Source: an uncultured Solirubrobacterales bacterium (GTDB lineage Bacteria; Actinomycetota; Thermoleophilia; Solirubrobacterales; Solirubrobacteraceae). From it: 64,000 nt of DNA. Positions within the stretch are counted from its first letter, which is position 1. Each line of letters begins with the position of its first letter. Positions 57,168 to 64,000 of this stretch are shown here, piece after piece. The notes beneath the pieces were generated by a model, which worked only from the letters and a program-made list of their open reading frames with translations, was not told the DNA's origin and made no database searches. The position numbers were made by a program, and so were the translations under genes. The stretch is from the NCBI GenBank assembly GCA_963767255.1, contig CAVYDM010000006.1, positions 796-64,795 on the forward strand. Reading direction: 5' to 3'.

Positions 57168-57214
57168 AACGACACACTACCACACTTACCACCCGAACTT
57201 AAGACTCAGGACAC
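56072..57214 (-). mobile_element. Complete IS630-family element
   Basis: TIRs GTGTCCTGAGTC at both ends, each flanked by TA in a CTAG context (56069-72, 57214-17). Confidence 0.92.
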
Positions 57215-57411
57215 TAGCACCCACTCTGAATCAGTCCGGCTCCGCGTCATATAAGTAACGTGCATGGCCGCATAGCCGACAGATACTAGACAGCCGGAAC
57301 GCGCGGATGTAGCTTCGGTGGCCACACAGGAACGTCGCGGTAGATAGGGAGTCCTTCATACGGAGTCCTTCCGATACGGCCATGATTCGTCTCAGCAACT
57401 TGGAGGATCTT

Positions 57412-60408
57412 ATGCAACGCAAACCGCATGCTCCTACCGTCTTCGTCGTCGTGACCTGCGCGGCACTTCTCTTGGGGCAAGCGTGGATAGCCTCTGCCGA
57501 GGCGTCATCACGTCCGGCATGCCCGGTCGGGGTCAGTCCCTATAGTCTTTCATCCGAAGCACTTGCTGCGTGCGGCGATCACCTGCTGCCACGGAGGTCG
57601 ACGACGACGCTCCCGGGCGGTGGCTCCCAAGCTAACTACATGGAGTCGAACGGGACGGAAACCTCCGTGACAGTGCCACCGCCGTCCTTCGATGCAGCTA
57701 CGGCGTCCCCCGCGGAACTGCGGCTTTACGGAATTCCCCCCGAACCGGCGGCCGACTCTCCGGAATACCCGAAATGGAAGCAGATGATCGATGGCCCTAT
57801 GTACTGGGCGCCTGCGCCCGAAGCTCTCGTCGAAGTGCCACCGGTATCTCGACGCGAAACCGAATCCACATCTCCCGACTCGGGCGAGAAGACAACCGAA
57901 CCACCTTCCAGTGCCACCACAGGCTCCGATAGCCGGTGGTCGGGATACATGGACTGGAACGGCGGCGGCTGCTCTGGGATTTGCTCACCGATCTACACCC
58001 ATTCAACCGGCTACTTTATTGAGCCCGCGAGCAGCAATACGACTCCCGGGTGCACAGATGTGGCGTCTTACACTTGGGCGGGCATTGGTGGATGGCATTC
58101 CAATGAAAGCACCCTCGCACAGGACGGAACCGGTCAGCAGGCGCCTAACTTAGGTCCCGATGAAGCTTTTTACGAGGTGGTCCACCCGAACGAAGGGGGC
58201 GGAGGGACGATCGCTACGAAATTCCACGCGAGCCCAGGGGAATATTTCATTGCGGATACGGAATACACGGGTAGCGATAAATACAGTTTCTATATGTACA
58301 ACTATGAAACGCACCGGCCCTTCCGTACCACCGCGACCGGCGCCCTTTGGGGCAAGACCGCTGAGTTCATCGTCGAGCGACCTCGTGAACACAACCTTTA
58401 CAATTTCAAGTCCGTGACCTTTCAAGGGTTTACCAACGGCAAAGCGTTTCGCCAGTATCCAAACGAGCGCATAGATATGCAAAGTGGCGACTTTGTAAAA
58501 GAACAGGGCTTCCTCAACGCCGCCGCACCTACCAACATCATAAACAACTACCAATTCAATGATGTATTTCACATCTGCACAAAAGCAACGGAAAAGACCA
58601 TAGAAGAAGAACTGGAAGGCGCCGGCAAGGGAGGGAAACTGCCTCACGCCGTGACGGAAGGCAGCTCTGAACAAACGGGGACTACCGTAAAGCTCAGCGG
58701 GAGCGTAGACCCAGAAGGTACGTACACAACGTACCATTTCGAATACGGCACGGAAGCTGAAAACTACAGCGCCGCCACACCCGAGAACAGCGCGGGCGAA
58801 GGCTCAACCTCGGTGCCCGTTAGCGCCACTGTCACGGGATTGCAGCCCGGCACAACCTACCACTACAGAATCACTGCAAACAGCGCCGAAGGAACGGCCG
58901 TTGGCACCGACGAGACGTTCAAAACGAGTGGAACGCCTCCGCCACCGCCACCAATCGTGACAACCGAAGCTGCGACTGGCGTGACGGCGGACAGCGCAAC
59001 GCTCGAAGCGAATATAAATCCCAACGGTGCTGACACTCATTACTATTTCGAATATGGGACTAATGCCACGCTGCTCGACCGGACCGTGCCGGAACCTCCG
59101 GGTAGTGACGCAGGCAGCGGGACCTCATCGGTGCAAGAGAAAGTGGGGCTGTCGGGACTCACCCCATCTACCACATACTACTACCGTGTTGTCGCGGCCA
59201 ACTCGACCGGAACAAGCTACGGAGAAGAACAGCAGTTTACGACGCCGCCGGCATGGACAATCCAGACGACGATCACGCCGCCGGGTGAACCGACGGACGC
59301 GCGACTGCAGGGTGTGTCTTGCTGGTCGTCGGTCGCCTGCGACGCGGTCGGTGTGTACAACAACCTGGAAGGCAAAGGCATCGCGTTGGTCGAGGGCTGG
59401 AACGGCGCCACGTGGGAAGTCCAGCCCACGGCAAGCCACACCGAATCCATCCAGAACGTCCTGGAAAGCGCCTCCTGCCGATCGGCGAGCGAATGCACTG
59501 CGACCGGCTACTACGAAGTAAAAGGGGGCGAACACCACACGCTCGCGGAGCGATGGGACGGCTCGGTGTGGACGGTCGAGACGACGCCCACCGAAGGCAA
59601 CTCCGATGACCTCGTCAGTGTGGCGTGCGCGGCCGCCGACGCATGCATGGCCGTCGGCTCGTATAACTCTGGGACCCCGACGAGAAAATACCCGGTGACC
59701 GAGCTGTGGAACGGCAAAAAATGGGTAGTGAAGGCGAGCGCGAAACTACCGGAAGAAGACAAAAATGTGGTCTTTGAATCCGTCTCCTGCCCCACGGCGA
59801 AAGCGTGTACGGCCGTCGGTTACGTGGTGAATCACTCGCAGGGCGTGGAAGCCCTCGTCGAGAGCTGGAATGGCAAACAATGGACTGTTCAACCAACGCC
59901 CACCCCGCCGCACTCGCTCTACCCGTACCTGTTCGGAGTCTCGTGCTCGTCCACGACTGCGTGCATGGCGGTCGGGACATACAAGAACACCGAAGCGGGT
60001 GGAGAAGTCAAAAACACCGAATTTCACGGACGGGAAGCGCTCATCGAGCGGTGGAACGGGACCTCGTGGGAACTGCAATCGTCCCCGAGCCCGATCGGCA
60101 AACCAAAACCCGAAGGCGAAGCGCGTTGGGAACTCACGCGGATCTCCTGCTCGTCGGAAACGTGGTGCGTGGCTACGGGTTACTACATACAGAGCGAATC
60201 CGGCGCTCCCAGTGCGCTCCTGGGTGAGCGGTGGAAAGGCAACGAGTGGGAACTGGAACTGCCGGTGAACGTCGCGGGCGCGGCGCTCAGCAACCTGGAA
60301 GGGCTCTCATGTACCGCGGAATTCGAGTGCACCGCGGTCGGTAACTCGCTCAAAGCCCTTCCGTTCGGGCCACAGGCAACCCTGGCCGAGAGGCTCGAAC
60401 TGCCGTAG
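57412..60408 (+). CDS. Secreted G1 (eqolisin-like) glutamic peptidase + 2 FN3-like domains + Cys-repeat C-terminal domain
   Basis: Signal peptide; RWSGY, TWAGIGG, LAQDGT, AEFIVERP; YHFEYGT/GLQPGTTYHYRI twice; six VSCxSxxxCxAVG repeats. Confidence 0.85.
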   Translation: MQRKPHAPTVFVVVTCAALLLGQAWIASAEASSRPACPVGVSPYSLSSEALAACGDHLLPRRSTTTLPGGGSQANYMESNGTETSVTVPPPSFDAATASPAELRLYGIPPEPAADSPEYPKWKQMIDGPMYWAPAPEALVEVPPVSRRETESTSPDSGEKTTEPPSSATTGSDSRWSGYMDWNGGGCSGICSPIYTHSTGYFIEPASSNTTPGCTDVASYTWAGIGGWHSNESTLAQDGTGQQAPNLGPDEAFYEVVHPNEGGGGTIATKFHASPGEYFIADTEYTGSDKYSFYMYNYETHRPFRTTATGALWGKTAEFIVERPREHNLYNFKSVTFQGFTNGKAFRQYPNERIDMQSGDFVKEQGFLNAAAPTNIINNYQFNDVFHICTKATEKTIEEELEGAGKGGKLPHAVTEGSSEQTGTTVKLSGSVDPEGTYTTYHFEYGTEAENYSAATPENSAGEGSTSVPVSATVTGLQPGTTYHYRITANSAEGTAVGTDETFKTSGTPPPPPPIVTTEAATGVTADSATLEANINPNGADTHYYFEYGTNATLLDRTVPEPPGSDAGSGTSSVQEKVGLSGLTPSTTYYYRVVAANSTGTSYGEEQQFTTPPAWTIQTTITPPGEPTDARLQGVSCWSSVACDAVGVYNNLEGKGIALVEGWNGATWEVQPTASHTESIQNVLESASCRSASECTATGYYEVKGGEHHTLAERWDGSVWTVETTPTEGNSDDLVSVACAAADACMAVGSYNSGTPTRKYPVTELWNGKKWVVKASAKLPEEDKNVVFESVSCPTAKACTAVGYVVNHSQGVEALVESWNGKQWTVQPTPTPPHSLYPYLFGVSCSSTTACMAVGTYKNTEAGGEVKNTEFHGREALIERWNGTSWELQSSPSPIGKPKPEGEARWELTRISCSSETWCVATGYYIQSESGAPSALLGERWKGNEWELELPVNVAGAALSNLEGLSCTAEFECTAVGNSLKALPFGPQATLAERLELP

Positions 60409-60418
60409 CGCAAGGGAT

Positions 60419-60446
60419 CACGGTCCGGTAGCCTGCCCGGACCGTG
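60419..60446. terminator. Hairpin after the peptidase gene
   Basis: CACGGTCCGG-N8-CCGGACCGTG, no U tract. Confidence 0.55.
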
Positions 60447-61090
60447 AACGCGCCCAACGCCAGCCGACAGTTCCCCCCGCGCACCGCCTCCTACGAGGCC
60501 GACCCCGCCGAGGTTTCCCGTGTGCTGCCGCTCCGAGGTTCACAGCGCTGACGGAGATCGTGGGATACTGGCGTCATGGGCGGGCCGTGGGCTGCGGAAT
60601 GCCGGTGCGCGTTGAGGAATCAGTGCTGGCGTGCTTGGGCATTCGCTGTGTTTGTCTGGGCGGTGGCAGGTTTGGCATCGGCTTCAACCAAGGGCGGGAA
60701 CTGATCACCCTCGCGTTCCGGTGGCCCGCGCTGGTCGTGGTGGAGACGACGAGCGCCCCTTTGCTTCCGAGCGAAGTGCACTGCTGGAGCGGTGAATTTG
60801 GTCCGGCGAGCAAGCCCTTCCTCGGGATCTTCGACCTGGCCCGCAGCGAGCCGTTCGTGCCGGCACCGGCCCTCGTTCACGTGCCACCGAGCAAACCGCT
60901 GACAAACTGTGGGCCGGCGCCACCGTGACACTGCGCTGGGCTACGGGCCGCGACTTGGCGGCTCTGCCCAGACCTCAATGTCGTCGTCGGGAGGCAAAAT
61001 CCGGACCCGGTCCCCGTTGCTCCCGTACTTTACCCTCGCCGGTTTCCCAGGCGTGGGACGGCGGTCGCGTGGGAAGAATGGCAGGAATGG

Positions 61091-62029
61091 GTGTATCGTC
61101 CGGGACCAGTGAGGAATACGACCGAGCCACCCGCCGTTTCATCCGGCGCATCTCGCGCCTGGCCGTTGGTTCTGCTGCTGGGCGCTTTTGCGCTGGCATT
61201 GATGGTCGTCGCCGGCCTCTCGACTCGCCCCGCAGGCGGCGAGTTGGCACAGGCCGGCGAAGCGGTGATCGGCGTTTCAGGAGAAACGGTTCCCGGCAAG
61301 TTGCCTCGCTCGCGCATGGTTCCGGCGACGCTGCGGCTGGGGTTCACCTCCGAGGCACCGAGCACGCCCACAACCCCCGAACTCACCGCAATCAGGCTCG
61401 AAGTCTCTCGCAACCTGGTATTTCAGACAGCGGGTTTGCCGAGTTGCCCCATCTCGGAGCTCTACTCCGAATCTTCGGACGCGAGGCAGATATGCGCGGG
61501 GTCGCTGGTCGGCTCCGGCATCGTGATCTCAGAAGTAACTCTGCCAGGACAGGCGCCTGTGACGATCGAAGGGCGCCTTTCGGCTTTCTATGACTTCGGG
61601 GAAGGCCAGCCGCGTATCCTCGCGCAGGTCAGGAGCACCGGTGCTCTGCCGCTCACCTATGTAATCCCGTTCACGATCTACAAGGAACCTGGGGTCTTCG
61701 GGACCGTCCTATCGGTGGAGCACATGCAATTCATCTCGGGCATTTGCGCGCCACGGCGCACGAACTGCTTCTCTCAGACCTACACATATAAGGGCATCTA
61801 CGGACACATCTCGAAGTTCGAACTCACTCTCGACCGTCAATTCGTCCATGCAGGCAAGAGGACTAGTGTCGTGAGCGCGGATTGCCCCGCTGGCGGTAGC
61901 TCATCGAGCGCGACCTATCCCCTCGTGAAGGTGAACCTCGCTTACTCCGGAGCGATATCGCGGAGCCAGGTCGCGACTCGCCGGTGCGAAGTCTCAGCTT
62001 CGCGGCACCGTCGCCGAAAGCGGTCGTAG
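61091..62029 (+). CDS. Secreted hypothetical protein
   Basis: Signal/TM segment, PGKLPR..VPATL, GLPSC, CAGSLVGSG, VSADCPA. Confidence 0.75.
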   Translation: MYRPGPVRNTTEPPAVSSGASRAWPLVLLLGAFALALMVVAGLSTRPAGGELAQAGEAVIGVSGETVPGKLPRSRMVPATLRLGFTSEAPSTPTTPELTAIRLEVSRNLVFQTAGLPSCPISELYSESSDARQICAGSLVGSGIVISEVTLPGQAPVTIEGRLSAFYDFGEGQPRILAQVRSTGALPLTYVIPFTIYKEPGVFGTVLSVEHMQFISGICAPRRTNCFSQTYTYKGIYGHISKFELTLDRQFVHAGKRTSVVSADCPAGGSSSSATYPLVKVNLAYSGAISRSQVATRRCEVSASRHRRRKRS

Positions 62030-62124
62030 ATTTTAGAGGTACGATTGTGCGCCGCGGCGTTGCCAGCGCAACGTCCGCGGCGCATCGATCTCGGCAGTGA
62101 GACGGACTGCTATGATCAGCGGTC

Positions 62125-62739
62125 ATGCTGAGAGCATTGCGCGAGCGTATCAGCTACGCGAATGTCATGGCCACGCTCGCGATGTTCGTCAGCCTTGGGG
62201 GAGCCTCCTACGCCGCGATCACGCTGCCCGCGGGCAGCGTCGGGCCCCGACAGCTGCGCGCTCATGCCGTCGAACTAAAAGATCTCAACTTCCCGCTCGG
62301 ATATGCCTCGATAACCGACGACAAGACCAAGGAACTCGCAGGCGCCTGTCCACCACCGACCCCAGGCCCCCCAGGCCCTGCCCCCGACCTCGCACCTCCG
62401 CCGGACCAAGGCCCTACTCCTGGCCGGGAAGTCCATCTCCACTTTCAAGCGGATGGACGGCTGGCGGTTTCAGCGACCGCTCGCCTTGAAAATGAAAGCG
62501 CGGAGCCGGATGGCGTGTTTCTCGAATTGAGGATCGATCAACACGAGGTATCCCGCAGCTACGTGACCGTCGCGGCTGGTCAAACTGTTCAGACGCCTAT
62601 CCAAGGCTTCAAGAAGGTCGCAGCCGGTCCACACACGGCGGGACTCGCGATCGAATCTCAGCAGCAATGCCTGAGCAGCCCAGGGCGTCTAGTCGTGTCC
62701 AACGTCACCGTCAGCGCCAGCGCATTCCCTCTCAACTGA
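62125..62739 (+). CDS. Secreted hypothetical protein
   Basis: N-terminus ISYANVMATLAMFVSLGGASYAA..LPAGSVGPRQLR, a leader I associate with Solirubrobacterales. Confidence 0.75.
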   Translation: MLRALRERISYANVMATLAMFVSLGGASYAAITLPAGSVGPRQLRAHAVELKDLNFPLGYASITDDKTKELAGACPPPTPGPPGPAPDLAPPPDQGPTPGREVHLHFQADGRLAVSATARLENESAEPDGVFLELRIDQHEVSRSYVTVAAGQTVQTPIQGFKKVAAGPHTAGLAIESQQQCLSSPGRLVVSNVTVSASAFPLN

Positions 62740-62765
62740 TCCGTTTGCCCGTCGACCGCACCACA

Positions 62766-62789
62766 GGGCCCCCACCTGGGCCCCCACCT
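62766..62789 (+). repeat. Perfect tandem 12-bp repeat
   Basis: GGGCCCCCACCT x2. Confidence 0.7.
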
Positions 62790-62931
62790 GGCCGACGTCA
62801 TCATATCGACTGGCGGACTTTCGCGCTGTGCTCGGGGATCGATAAACGGCGCCCGGCGGATGCGACATGCCCACGTGGTTTTCGTCTCCGGTGTGTGTGA
62901 TGGATGTGCGACCCTGAGCGTAGTTAGGGTG

Positions 62932-63516
62932 ATGAGCAGACCCGTGTCCTCGTCTGATGAGCATGGCCGGCGGGCGATCGTGCCGGTAGCGCCCGGCGGC
63001 GCGTTCGACGCGGAGGCCTGCGAGGCGCTCTTTCAGGAGTGCGCCGCCGACGTGCACGCGTATGTCATCTTGCTGCTCGGCGATAGATCTGCGGCGGAGG
63101 ATGTGACCGCGCTGGCGTTCGAGCGCCTCTACCGCTCGCGCGCGCGTCTGGACCATCGCCGGGGCACCCCTCGCGCGTGGCTGTTCGCGATCGCTCGCAA
63201 CGCGGCGCTGGACGAGCTGCGCCGCCGGCGACGCCAGCCCCGGTATGCGCTGGAGGAGGAGCTCGTCGCCGATCGCGACTGCGCAGAGGCGCTCGAGCAC
63301 GTCGAGCGTCGTGCGACTGTGCGCGACGCGCTTGCCGCATTGCCCACGCGTGAGCGGGAGGTGGTGCTGCTCAAGTTCCACGGCCAGCTCTCCAATGGCG
63401 AGCTCGCGCGGGCGCTCGGTATCAGCGAGTCAAACGCCGGCACCCGTCTGCATCGCGCGCTCACGCGGCTGCGCGAAGGGTGTCTTCAGGCGGAACGACG
63501 GGAGGAGATCGCATGA
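62932..63516 (+). CDS. ECF sigma-70 factor
   Basis: AAEDVTALAFERL, AWLFAIARNAALDELRR, LPTREREVVLLKF, RLHRALTRLR. Confidence 0.93.
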   Translation: MSRPVSSSDEHGRRAIVPVAPGGAFDAEACEALFQECAADVHAYVILLLGDRSAAEDVTALAFERLYRSRARLDHRRGTPRAWLFAIARNAALDELRRRRRQPRYALEEELVADRDCAEALEHVERRATVRDALAALPTREREVVLLKFHGQLSNGELARALGISESNAGTRLHRALTRLREGCLQAERREEIA

Positions 63517-64000
63517 AGGTCATTCCCTTTCCAGGCGGTGGCTCCGCGGGCCCCGACGAGTCCTGGCTGGCGGAGCTCGAAGCGGCGCTGAACGGCGAGG
63601 GCGAGGGTCCGGTCGCAGACTCCTGGCGCGAGCTGCGCCAGGACGTGCGAGCGCTTGCGCCGCCGATGGATCCCGAGTTCGAGCGCCGGCTCAGAGCGCG
63701 GATCGCCGAGCGGAGCGCGCGCTCCGCGGCGGAGCCGCCGCGTCACCCGAAGCAGCCGGACCGGCCCACGAGCCGCCCCGAGGAGCGCCATCGCCCCTGG
63801 CGGCCGCACCGCCGACTTGGCCGGCTGCGTCCGACTCCTGTCATGCTCGCCGCCGTCTCGGTCACGTTCGCGACGATCGCGGCGGTGCTGATCGCGGCGC
63901 CCTGGCGACCGGCCGGTCATACAGTCGCGACCTCGCCGAGATCGTCTTCCCTCGCCAGGCGCGCGGATCAGCTCGGCCCAGCGTCCGGCCCGGCTGAAAG
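63513..64000 (+). CDS. Probable anti-sigma/membrane protein, 5' part
   Basis: ATGA overlap with the sigma gene; MKVIPFP...LAELEAAL...LAPPMDPEFERRLRARI, then a TM segment. Confidence 0.65.
   Translation, partial: MKVIPFPGGGSAGPDESWLAELEAALNGEGEGPVADSWRELRQDVRALAPPMDPEFERRLRARIAERSARSAAEPPRHPKQPDRPTSRPEERHRPWRPHRRLGRLRPTPVMLAAVSVTFATIAAVLIAAPWRPAGHTVATSPRSSSLARRADQLGPASGPAE

Noticed and set aside
60560-61090. Short ORFs between the peptidase and the next secreted protein
   Set aside because: No recognisable motifs or consistent frame; at most a decayed fragment

Overview
High-GC actinobacterial DNA, most likely Thermoleophilia/Solirubrobacterales (inferred from lineage-typical proteins, not from a search). 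Layout: (1) 1-12214 is the right part of an integrative mobilisable element (MobF relaxase, excisionase, XRE repressor, tyrosine integrase) ending at a tRNA-Val 3' remnant (att site). It carries defence-type cargo: Mrr-like endonuclease, GIY-YIG nuclease, an IS66-split AbiJ-like relic, DUF3800, and DUF262-HNH. (2) 12.3-17.6 kb is accessory debris and small operons. (3) 17.7-37.5 kb is a stress/alpha-glucan block rich in homologues of mycobacterial DosR-regulon genes. (4) 37.6-49.8 kb is core thrS-infC-rpmI-rplT-methyltransferase-pheST-argCJBD. (5) 49.9-62.8 kb is a second accessory region (RES-Xre, orphan MNT, two IS, a secreted G1 peptidase), followed by an ECF sigma/anti-sigma pair. The two best unexplained signals are a ~77-nt structured RNA candidate with its own promoter and terminator converging on the DUF3800 gene (10537-10648), and an array of six abutting 20-24-bp palindromes with a CA|TG-type centre and unrelated arms (31075-31216). 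Many single-base frameshifts look like read-consensus errors. All family assignments are from motif recognition by eye.
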